A stretch of DNA of 64,000 bases from Octopus vulgaris (lineage: Eukaryota). The stretch is taken from positions 90,892,001 to 90,956,000 of the forward strand of contig OX597820.1 of the NCBI GenBank assembly GCA_951406725.2. Direction: 5' to 3'. A model generated the notes under the pieces. The model was not told where the DNA came from and made no database searches. It was given only the letters and a program-made list of their open reading frames with translations. The translations under genes and the position numbers were made by a program. This document shows, one piece after another, positions 40,459 to 52,074 of this stretch; within the stretch, counting starts at the first letter, position 1; each line of letters opens with the position of its first letter.

Positions 40459-42068
40459 TTGAATAGCATATATCTGTTTTACAGCCTGTCTTTGTAGTTA
40501 CCATCACTTCTGATTGTTATGCACATAGAAGCTCTTGGCCTCGGATTCTTCGCATGCATATCTGTCCGCAGCTATGCTAATTCTATTCTGTATATCTATT
40601 TTTGAAAATATTTTTTACTTTTATATATTATAGATATTTTAGGAAGGTCTATACAAAATTCTTCGGTATATTTGTCCACACATCGCACAAAACCATCATC
40701 CACAACACAAAAATCTCGAAGGTGCAGTTTTAGAAGTAAAAATACTTCTTGAAACATACAAGAATTCATTCCATCATTTTAAAAATTCCTAAACTTCTAA
40801 AACTTCGGGGTTTTCCTACAACCGAAAATGCTGAAAAGCACCTACCAGAATGCACTTAATCTTCAGCATTTCTTCTCCTCCTTGCTCTAATTCTAATTCA
40901 GCCCAGTAATTCAGGCTTCTTGTCAGGAGATTAATTACTTTGTAAAAGTGCCTGTTACGCATACTTCCTCAACAAAAATGGCTGTGTGAATAAGATTTTT
41001 ATTAATGATGCCATTGTATTTATTGTTCTTTCTTAGCATATCGCATAAGTATCACTACTATACGATATTTGTTTTCAATTTTGATGCCGTGTTTTCATTA
41101 AATATGATTTTGCGTGCATTTTACCTAGTAGAGAATTATTTGTGTTCACTGAATCATTCAATATGTTTTATTTCATGGTTTTAATAAATTTTGGTGTACA
41201 TTTCTTATTTACTAAAACTTGTATCATACTTATGCATTGAATAAGTACCTTCTTGTCTAAAAATGTAGAGAATACTTAACACATGCCGCTGATAAAATCT
41301 AAATGTTTTCAACACAATTATATTTTCCTCTCTTGTAGCTTATGTAGCATTTGTGCTGCTGGGCAAATAATCCATTTAGATTAAATGTGTCTCGTACAGT
41401 ATTCGATTGTGTTATAATTCCGTCATGTGTCGCGTTTGAGTGTATCTCATTCAACTAAGAAATCACAAATATATTTTAAAATTCGATCAGTTTCATTTCA
41501 AAGCACCTCAATGCTCAGTTTTATTGAGAATCTAGTGTTACGTAAGATATTTGGAAGGACGTATTTCATACATTAAATGTCTCAGGAGTCAAAGAAGACA
41601 GAAGAAGAGATATTTTAAATGATACTTTTTAACGCTAGTATTGGTAATCACTGCTCATCATTACAGCCAGCCAACCGACGATTCATCTGGATTCTTAAGA
41701 GCTGTAAATGTAGTAAAATATATTTTGGTTACCGTTGAGAGGGTTAATATTAATAAAACGACAAGTTAATTAATCTCAAAGCAATTTTTACATCAGGATC
41801 TCAGTTGAAATCATTCTTATGATAAATCACTCACGTGAGCTAGGCCCATGGAGCATCTTCTACGAGCATAGAACAATACATAAAATTTTACAATGTACTG
41901 CTGAAAGTTATTAGAGGAATAAGGTAGTGTTCCAAACTGGAAATATAACTAATCTTAGAAAATAGAAAACCGTACGTAAGGGGTTAAAGATGTTACATTT
42001 TAAATTTTATAGAATGTGTCAAAAGCAAATTTCAGATATTTATATTCATACTAACAGACACATATGAA

Positions 42069-42163
42069 TGTATGTATGTATGCATGCATACATGTATGTA
42101 TGTATGTATGTATGTATGTATGTATGTATGTATGTATGTATGTATGTATGTATGTATGTATGT
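42069..42163. repeat. (TATG)n microsatellite
   Basis: Direct reading. Confidence 0.95.
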
Positions 42164-42548
42164 GTGTGTGTTTACACACTTACAACACATACTTATTCCG
42201 ATATGTGTTTGTGACTGTGAGTAAGGTAGTGGAGTAGTTATGTAGAAGGTAGATTAATGATTGAAAAAAACTGACAAATTTAAAACAACTGAACACAGAA
42301 GTATTCCATCATAGATATTCGGTTTATATTTTGAATTTTATCCCCAGAGCAAATTACTCGTCAGTTCTTTAATAGCTTATTTACTTTATATTCATTCATG
42401 TAGTTGTATGTTTTAAGACTTTTTCTATCCAACTGTATCGTACAAAATTACACGGTTATAGCACCTCCTTAGGTTGTTCATGTTTCCAAATGTATACACA
42501 CGCACAGCCTCACACATATGTGTATGAATATATTTGTATACACACATA

Positions 42549-43802
42549 CACGGGTTGGACACATTAATGGAAACACCTTAAAATTTCAAGCAAATTTATT
42601 TTAATATCGGGTAGGACCGTCTTTGGCAGTAATTACAGTAATTACAGGTATGGACTCGTACAAAGTTTGAATTCCTTCCAATGGAATTTTGTCCATTGTT
42701 CACCTAAAATAGTCTCCAATTCCTTTAATGATGATGGTGGAGGATATCGACTCCATACGTGTATTTCTAAAATGCAACTATAAATGTTCAATAATATTGA
42801 GATTTGAGGACTGTGGTGGGCAGATAAGATGTTCAACCTCACTAGAATGTTCCTCGTGCCCTTCAGTAACTACTTTAGCTGTGTGAATTAGTGCATTATC
42901 ATTCTGAAAGGTTGCGTTTCCCTCTGGAATCAGTTCCGCAACCATAACATGAAATTGATCAGATAAAATGCTTAAATAGTCTTGACTATTAATTCTGCCA
43001 TGAAGGGAAACCATTGGGCCGACGGATTTTCAAGATATAGCCCTCCCCCACCCACGCGCCAGATCATCCAAGGTTCACCTCCATGTTTAACAGTTGGAAG
43101 AAGGCAGTCTGGATAAGATGCTTCTTTTGGCTGTCTCCTCACATATACTCGGCCGGTGGTCGGAAATAATATAAAGGCTGACTCCTCCGTGAAAACAATC
43201 ATTCTTCCACTGTTCTAAGGACCAATTCTGTAGGTATTTACTCCACTCTAAACGCTTTGAAATTTGTGGTTTTCTGATTGCATCCCCCGTGAAATCCGGC
43301 TTTGTGCAGCTTCCGACGAGCAGCTTTTGTGGAAACTGGGTTCTTGAGGTGGTCATTGAGCTCTGCAGTAATTTGGAGGGCTGTACTTTTGTGATCCTTT
43401 CTAATAATTCATGTAAGTGTCTGACGGTCCCTATCTAAATATTTTGGTTATCTTCCGGAGTTTTGTTTTGACGAGGAGATTTTCCCCTCTTTCTCAAAGG
43501 CTGTCATTGCTTTTGAGACAGTAAATCTTGATACACCAAGCATTTCGGCTGTTTTTGCTACACAAGCGCCTGTCATTGGAGCACCAACAATTTGACCTCT
43601 TTGAAAGTCCGATACATCTGTCATTTTAATGAATTTTAATTAGCTTTTTCTAAAAGAAACAGCAAGTTTTGCACAACATATTAAGCAACACTTTAAATAA
43701 ATGAAAAAACATAAAAATAAACAAGCTTTAGATGGTTTTATAGATATTTAAAAAATATGATGCTATGATACTAGTTGTTTCCATTATTTTGTTTAACCCC
43801 TG
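42549..43802 (-). mobile_element. Full-length Tc1-type DNA transposon (DD36E spacing), TA target duplication
   Basis: TIRs cacgggttggacacattaatggaaacac and (reverse complement) caggggttaaacaaaataatggaaacaac; TA at 42547-42548 and 43803-43804. Confidence 0.95.
42601..43624 (-). pseudogene. Disabled Tc1-like transposase
   Basis: MTDVSDFQRGQIVGA...GVSRFTVSK...SGR* (HTH region), VFTEES, PTVKHGG, FQNDNALIH, PQSSNLNIIEH, C-terminal AKDGPTRY*; several stops and frameshifts. Confidence 0.92.
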
Positions 43803-44140
43803 TATATTATATATGAACATGGATATATATTTACATATGCGTGTGTGTATAGATACATAAATACATATTATACGTTTGTGTCTGTATATATTTATACATA
43901 TATATACACATATATGAAGTTGCAGTTAAACTTCATGAAAAATCATATGCCCATATTCACAAAACGTTATGTACAATACTGTAAATGTATGTATATTTAC
44001 ATTCTAATGAGCGGTTCCGGCTACTTTACTGTATGGAAAACTGATGGTACTGCGACATACCATTACACTGCAATTACGTTTACACTGTGGGGGGTACCAT
44101 CATTCTGGGAAAATAAGAAGACATAAATAAATGGACTTAT

Positions 44141-44207
<67 letters not shown>

Positions 44208-44244
44208 ATATCTGCGTGCATATATTTGTAGTCATATAGAAACA

Positions 44245-44466
44245 AGGCGGCGAGCTGGCAGAAACGTTAGCACGCCGGGCGAAATGCTTAGCGGTATTTC
44301 GTCTGTCGTTACGTTGTGAGTTCAAATTCCGCCGAGGTCGACTTTACCTTTCATCATTTCAGGGTCGATAAATTAAGTACCAGTTTCACACTGGGGTCAA
44401 TGTAATCGACTTACTCCCTTTGTTTGTCCCCTCTATGTTTAGCCCCTTGTGGGCAGTAAAGAAATA
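44245..44466 (+). mobile_element. SINE family B, full length, perfect 12-bp TSD
   Basis: A-box-like tggcagaaacg, B-box-like gagttcaaattcc; TSD catatagaaaca at 44233-44244 and 44467-44478. Confidence 0.95.
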
Positions 44467-46473
44467 CATATAGAAACATAGATATATATATGCATAAGTT
44501 TATATGTGCGTATTTATATTTATATTTACATATATTTATATGTGTGTAGATATAGTTGTACATTTTGCTAAAACTATAAATCTACAAAAGATCTCATGAC
44601 GATAATAAACCACCTTATTAATCGTGTCTTATATATGCTTGATTAATCAAATCACACTATGTATATTTTCGTCAGTGTTAATTATGTTTGTCAATACCAC
44701 TGAGACGTCTCCCAGCGCCAGTACTACTTCCGTGTGTACAAGAATGAAAGTGCCTTAGAAAAAGAAAGCGCCGAAGTTTTGTAATCGGATCGTACTGTCA
44801 TGTTACTAACAAAAATATCATTCTGTGCTTCTAAATTCGTATATCTAAAATCTAATTTTAGATGTAAAATTTAATGAAAGTAATTTTTTTTTTATCATTC
44901 CGTTTATAATACGTAAATTTTCACTTTTTATTTTAGAGACTCGATTACATAAATATGTAGCCATTATATTAATTCAAGTGAGAAAGGAAATGTGTTGCAT
45001 CCTGTTTTTGGAAAACAGGAATAATTTACTTATGCTTTACTTCAGTTTGGAGTTTGTTCACATAGTAGCTTTTTCAAATACAAAGATTGCCCGACTGATC
45101 TATTTTCAAATCAATGATTCCAAAATTTGACTACAATTAACAAACCATGAAATTGTGGTAAGAAAACCGCCGTAATATCAATGACACATTATAAGACAGT
45201 CGTTGGAGCTGGTAAGGAATAAAAGACCACAAGGAATCAATAGACCGAAAAAATATTCACTTTGAAATCAAAGGGAAAAGAAATGACAGCTTTAATGGGT
45301 AATGTTCCCTGGAAAACTTTGGTTATCTATAACAATTTCAATATTGGTATGACATTTATATTGCAATATATATTACATTGGAGTCGATAGATTGTTCTAG
45401 AACTTATGCATTAGGCAGGATTTCTACGTCAGGTGAATAGACTCAAATATCAAAGGATTTTAGTTTGGCATAAGTCCTTAGGTAAATAGAATCGTATATC
45501 AATACACGAGATACATAATAATGTTATATTAGTAGGATATAAACTTACTGCCTAATCCACTTGGTCCTTGCGAGATTTGCTGTGGAAAAATAATACTTTT
45601 ATTATTGGTTAACTGATGGCATTATTCATCTAAAGTTATTTGGAAAAGTATTTTCACCAAAAGAAAAGGCATTAAAAGATTATGTATTCTATAATAATAT
45701 TAATTTCAGTGTTGTACAGAGGATGCCTAATCTTAATCAAAATCTACTTGAAAGCGACAGCTGAATTTTGGGAAATTGTGAGAACTTGATAATAGGAACT
45801 TTGACCAAGCAGAGTTGCTGCGATATCGACCTTTAACGTAATAAAAATTATAGCTAACAATACGTTAGGCGAAGCTATTCAGACTGATGTGGCTTAACTC
45901 AATCTTCTAACTTAAAAAGAAAACAAATAAATTATATCGTTTTCTCCAAATACCAGAGTCTTTGTTATGTTTTAAGATGTTTCGCTACTTAATTACAGAT
46001 AACAGATAACGCTAATGATATTTATTAAAAACTACAAGATTAGTTGTAAGTCTTAATGGATTTTCCTAGAAGCTTCATTGGGTCCTTAGTTTATGACATA
46101 CTATCTTCTCTTGACAGGCGGTTCTCTAGTGATATTTTATAAAGTGAATCAAGGAAAACACTTTATCCGCAAGTTAATGACTTATTACAATTATTGGGGA
46201 CTCTTTAAATCCGTCTATGCAATCATATAATATGCATCAGTAATAAAGCTAAAATTAAAACGAAAAATTTCTCCGTACAGAAATTTCAAAAGAAAACTAT
46301 TTATTTAGTGGGCAAAATGAAATTATGGATAACAATTATTGATTTTCAACAATTTGCTGATTAAGAGTTTGAAATTTTAAATTACTATATAAATTCAGAA
46401 ACCAATTTAATTTGTTATTTGACTTATTCTTTATTATTTCAGATTTATAATTAAATAAATTAACATATGTACT

Positions 46474-46505
<32 letters not shown>

Positions 46506-46831
46506 TAAACGCGCGGCGCATGCGCACACACACACACACACACGCAAGAACGTAGCCCCCCATCCACATACATTTAAATATAGATATAGATAGATAGACA
46601 TAGGAATTTCATTCAATATAAATTCAATGCAATGTGTGTATATATATATATATATATATGCATACATACATAACATACATACATGCTTATATATATATAT
46701 ATGCATACATACATAACATACATGCATGCTTATATACATATTATATATTGATGTAATTTTATATATATATATATATATGATATACTAAAGATAAAGAGAA
46801 GACGGAACGTAGCAATAAAAAATTTATATTA

Positions 46832-46936
46832 CCACAACAATCGTTTCATCTTCATGATACACTGCTCCCTTGTGGGCATGGAATGACGCTATAACACCAA
46901 AAGCAACTCACAATGCATAGAATACTCCTCAGGTGG
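46832..46936 (-). ncRNA. Candidate minimal type-I hammerhead ribozyme
   Basis: Minus strand: ccac-CTGAGGA-gtattc...gaagat-GAAAC-gatt-GTT-gtgg. Confidence 0.65.
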
Positions 46937-47160
46937 GATAATAAGGTTTCAAGCTAAGAGATTTTAACAGTTAGACAGACGCACAGGCAAACAGATGCGC
47001 ATATTCATACGTTGAAATTAGTGCAAAGACTTATAGACGCTGAGATTAATAATTTTACTGGTGGGCACATGCCAGTACACACCACCACATATATGTATCA
47101 GTCAATCCTACACGCACACAGCTATACAAACATACAGAAACGCACCTACACCTTATAATC

Positions 47161-47264
47161 CCACCTGAGGATTCTTTTATGCACTGTGGTTGAATGTGGT
47201 GTCATTGCATCGTTCCACAACCAAAAGGGAGTAGTGTATCTTGAAGATGAAACAATTGTTGTGG
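47161..47264 (+). ncRNA. Candidate minimal type-I hammerhead ribozyme
   Basis: ccac-CTGAGGA-ttcttt...gaagat-GAAAC-aatt-GTT-gtgg; stem III loop within palindrome caattg. Confidence 0.65.
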
Positions 47265-47521
47265 TAATATAAATTTCTTTGTTAGTACATTCCATCTTCT
47301 CTTTTTATCTTTGATATATACTCGACACCCATCCTGGAACTCCTGGAATTATTACAACGATGTTTGCTAGGTATCGCTGATAATGGCTGATAGCCATAAA
47401 TGCGGAACGTGCTCAGCAGACACATGACCTGGGACTTACCCTGAGATAAGGTTGCGATACTGTTTAACACGTATTTTCTTAAATTTAAGTTTTAACCTTC
47501 TGTTTCACACACACACACACA

Positions 47522-47556
<35 letters not shown>

Positions 47557-48394
47557 CCCATATATATATATACATAGATAGATTGATAGATAGACAAACA
47601 GAAAAATTAGCATTCGTTGTATAAAGAAATAGACCTGTTTCTACAATAGATTGACACTGAATAAACGTATTCGCACCTATGAAACTCAAGTACACAACGT
47701 GACCCTCTCCGATATCCACTTAAATTTGGATAACGAGTACTTCAAAATATGTCAGATACTCAGCACTGATGGCCAGTCAGTTTTCGCAACTCAGTCCTCC
47801 ATAAATACAAAAGCTTCAGTCAAGCTATTCCATCACAGTATTGTCATGTTTAATGATTCAAAAGAATGGCATAACGTATATGTAATCTTCTTAAATAATC
47901 CAAGTACACTTAATTCTTTTTAACATGAAGTGATCTTGTAATTAGTCATGTATTATTATTTGTGAAAAATAAACTGTGTAAGACGTAAAATATGTGCTTA
48001 TCTCTTCTGTTATTGTTTCTGTTATGGTTCAGACATTAAAACGTAGAAAAGAACATTTTCAATCAGACTGTGAAATGTAACATTGTAATTCGAACGCTGC
48101 CTAAGCAATTTTATATGTGGGTATGTTTGTGTGAAATGTAACGTGTCTTCAATGACACAACAATACAGAGTGGACTATAATATAACAACTGTTATAATTT
48201 AATTACATTGTAATATATTTCGGAATATAAAAATTCCTTCGTGTGATATTACTAGGAATTGCCCGAGACGCAGTTACAACATATATATATATATATATAT
48301 ATAGGGAGAGTTTACGAAAAAAATCAAAAGACGAAGACAGGTGGTGTACAAAACAAACAGATGTATTAGTATAACGCTCAGGAAGAGAAAAAAG

Positions 48395-48469
<75 letters not shown>

Positions 48470-49904
48470 CATATACACACGCATAAATGTATATAAACAC
48501 GGCAAAGCATGCAAGTATATATATATATATATATATAATTATTTTCGTGTGTATGTGTCAGGGACTGAGTCTGCACATGAATTATTGAGAAAACGGAATA
48601 CGTTCCAGTGTTAACCTTTTTATGAAAAAGTATTCACATACGTGTCAAATTTATATATTTTGCGTGGAAGAGTAAATTTTGCAAGTAGAGTTAAGATCGA
48701 CTCCTACAATCCTTAAGTCATCCATAATTCAGTACGGAAGACATAGTATCACAAAGCGAATAAGTGCACTGAACACAGAAGAATAAATTATAAACATCAT
48801 GTACGTGTTTAAACATTCAGTAAAATCTGCAGCAAACCTATTTTCTATTAACCGGTTACGATTTATTTAAATTACTGCACTGTACAAACATTTTGAAACT
48901 TTTGTTTACATAGTTGTTTGAGTTCATCACACTATTTAATGTAAGAATTTTTTTCTGTAATAGAGATATATGTTAGACTATGATCTACCGCTGCACATGA
49001 TTTCCCAACTGATTTTGAAGTTGGCTATATAGTTATCCTTCAATTTCTAGGCATAACAAGAATGTGTTGTAACATTTCAGTTCTTTTATTTAATTTTCCC
49101 TTCTGCTTTGTCAATTTAGTGTTTAGTTAAAATATTACTTTTAAAGCGCAACTCACGTTTGCGTTGTGCATTGATAATTCTTTAAGGAAACACAGCTGAA
49201 ATTCGGCGGTTGTATCAGCAGATTGATTTCATAAAATTTTCCTAGTATTAGTGGAATAAATTAATCAAATTTCAATGTTGATAATTTTGAAGAAATTCTG
49301 ATATTTATGATTGACAAGGTAGAGTTTGTGAGCGTGTGTGTGTATGTATGTGCGCGTGTGTGTGTTTTGTTGAGTGAGGTGGAATCAATCAGATGAATTT
49401 TCATTATCTTTTTTGAATAAAACGTTTTGTAAATTTTTGAATGAACATGAGATTTATCTGACTCAATTTTTCTCCAAATATCTCAAGAATTATTAATGAC
49501 GTTATCAAAAATTATTTTATTCGACGATGCGCTAAAAATTATGTTTCTTATTGTGTTTACAACATTTTAAATATTAGTGTATGGTGATTGAAATTATAAA
49601 TATAGATGGGCTCTTTAGTTTACGGTTCATATCTTGAGCCTGTAGATTTCAATTCATAATGCACATGTTTGTATATTTCGTAGTTCTAAGAGATAATTCA
49701 TTGAAATTAATTTTTTGAAAATTTATGCAATTCGTGTGCGTTACAATGGAGTAAGAAACTTAAATCTTCGTCGTAATATTAACCTGTATATAGTAAAAGT
49801 TTAATACTTTGCTACAATGAAATGGTCAGATATTTCTCAAATTTCAATGCCGTTGAAATAATTCATAGTCCATCAAATACCACATTAATGTTATTCTTCT
49901 TCTG

Positions 49905-50127
49905 AAGGCGGCGAGCTCTAGGTATCTTTCGTACGCCAGGCAAAATGCTTAGCAGTATTTCGTCTATCTTTTCGTTTTGAGTTCAAATTTCGCTGAGGTC
50001 GACATTGCCTTTCATCATTTCGGGGTCGATAAAAACAATACCAGTTGAGTACTGGGGATCGATATAATCGAGTTACCCTCACCCACAAAATTGCTGGTTT
50101 GTTTGTGCCACAATTTGAGGCCAATAT
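49905..50127 (+). mobile_element. SINE family B
   Basis: aaggcggcgagct...gagttcaaatttcgctgaggtcgacattgcctttcatcatttcggggtcgataaa. Confidence 0.9.
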
Positions 50128-50173
50128 TGTTCTTCTCCTTAAAGACATTATTTTCATAAAAGAAGATTTTCCT

Positions 50174-50216
<43 letters not shown>

Positions 50217-51109
50217 ATTTATTATCTGGTATTTCTTAACAAATTTCAAAGCACTGGTGAGTAAAATTGGATTGGGAGACAATCGAAGATAGGGCACAAA
50301 TAACTCGAACTGAGTAAACTCACAAATTCTTTTGTTATTAATGCTATTGAACCAAATAGCTTCAGTACCACTATTGTTCCATTGACGAAAGGTGAAAGTT
50401 GGTAGCATTTCTTATATTGACATTTCTATTCTTCAAACTAAGTGTGCGTGCTAATTAGTCCAGTTTCTCCCTCATCAACGTTAATCAATCAGCATTTCTT
50501 GATGGAAGTGGAATTGTTTGTATGTGTTCTATTTATTGTCACGAATTGTGACAGACATACACACGCATACAGAAACATGCAAACATAGACACATGCGTTG
50601 CATCACGTTGACTATATGCGTATGTGAGTACAAATATGTATATATATATGTGTGTGTATATATGAATAAATATATGCATGCGTGTGTATCTATGCGTACA
50701 TGTGTGGACGCAGAAATACAAGTGTTTAAATAATCCTATTTTACTTCACAAGTCTTAATTTGTCATAACCTTGAAACAACCCTTGAGAGTGAAAGTGGGC
50801 AGAATATTAAGGGAAGACCATTGTAGGTTCTACCTATATGTCAAAGGCACAGATTTTTATATTACTCATATGTGAGAGATGACCTGATCATCTAAGCTGT
50901 ATTTTGATGAGAATGGCTTCAAAACCTGATATGTTGCCTTTTGTTAGTACCACACTGTTATGAATATGACCGCTCGGTTTTATACTGGAGATAGTATGCA
51001 AGCATCGCATATAGATAGCGTCAAGCTGGTTGCTGTGCTTTCGGTACAGAGTCTAAGATTCAACCTGTTTGTGCGCGCGTGTGTGCGTGCGCGTGAGTAT
51101 GTGTGCATG

Positions 51110-51320
51110 TGCATGTCTCTCTGTTTGTACCCCACCACCACCTAACAATCAGTGTTGGCCTGTTTACATTCTAGTGACTTAGCGATTTGCCAAAACAGAA
51201 GGAGGGAATAAGACACAGACTTAAAAAATATATAGTGGGAGAGACTTGTTCGACTAAAGTTCTACTAGGTGCCACCTCAGCATGGCTGCAGTTTACTGAC
51301 TGAAACGATTAAAAGATAAA
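51110..51320 (+). mobile_element. SINE family A, 3' half, diverged
   Basis: cagcatggctgcagtttactgactgaaac end motif; gtgacttagcgatttgccaaaacaga. Confidence 0.7.
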
Positions 51321-51391
51321 AGATAACATATAAAGATGATATATATATATATATATATATATATGTAAGTATATGTATATAAATGTATATA

Positions 51392-51600
51392 TACGTATCG
51401 CCTTCACCTTCGAAACGCAGAGTAGATGAAACCATGGCGACTGAAGAAGGGGAATTTTCCTTGTGTTATTTGTCCTGTACTCTATTTTTTCATTGTTTAA
51501 GAAAAATGTCCAGTTCCTTGGTTTTGTGTTTATGTTTTCGTTTCTCATTGTGTTCGAAGTTTTTGTCGTGTCCTGTACACATATATGCATGTATATATAC
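51392..51600 (+). mobile_element. (TA)n-flanked non-coding repeat with CTGAAGA motif (related to 8692-8900)
   Basis: Shared blocks with the 8692 copy. Confidence 0.65.
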
Positions 51601-51680
51601 ATGTAGAGGTAGGTACGTACATATATGTATGTATATATGCATATGTTTTATTTTATTAATATATATATATATATATATAT

Positions 51681-52074
51681 GGAGTGGCTGTGTGGTAAGT
51701 AGCTTGCTTACGAACTACACGGTTCTGGGTTCTGTCGTACCTCGTGGCACCTTGGGCAAGTGTCTTCTACTATAGCCTCGGGCCGACCAAAGCTTTGTGA
51801 GTAGACTTGGTAGACGGAAACTGAAAGAGGCCCGTCGTATATATGCATATATATGTATGTGCGTATATGTGTTTGTGTGTCTGTGTTTATCCCCGCAACA
51901 TCGCTTGACAATCGATGCTGGTGTGTTTACGCCCCCGTAACTTAGCAGTTCGGCAAAAGAGACCGATAGAATAAGTACTAGGCTTACAAAAAATAAGTCA
52001 TGGGGTCGATCTGCTCCACTAAAAGGCGGTGAACCAGCATGGTCACAGTTACATGACTGAAACAAGTAAAAAAA
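51681..52074 (+). mobile_element. SINE family A
   Basis: Colinear with 56861-57275. Confidence 0.95.

Larger units (their letters stand above)
46781..47320. repeat. Diverged inverted repeat (~165-bp arms, ~204-bp spacer), each arm with a hammerhead fold
   Basis: 46781-46946 is the reverse complement of 47151-47320 with scattered mismatches. Confidence 0.9.

Noticed and set aside
44245-44335. tRNA-like A/B boxes in SINE heads
   Set aside because: No cloverleaf is evident; they are multi-copy and continue into SINE bodies with TSDs, so they are not tRNA genes.
45317-45329. 13-nt match ctttggttatcta to miR-9
   Set aside because: The match ends before the 3' half and there is no star arm.
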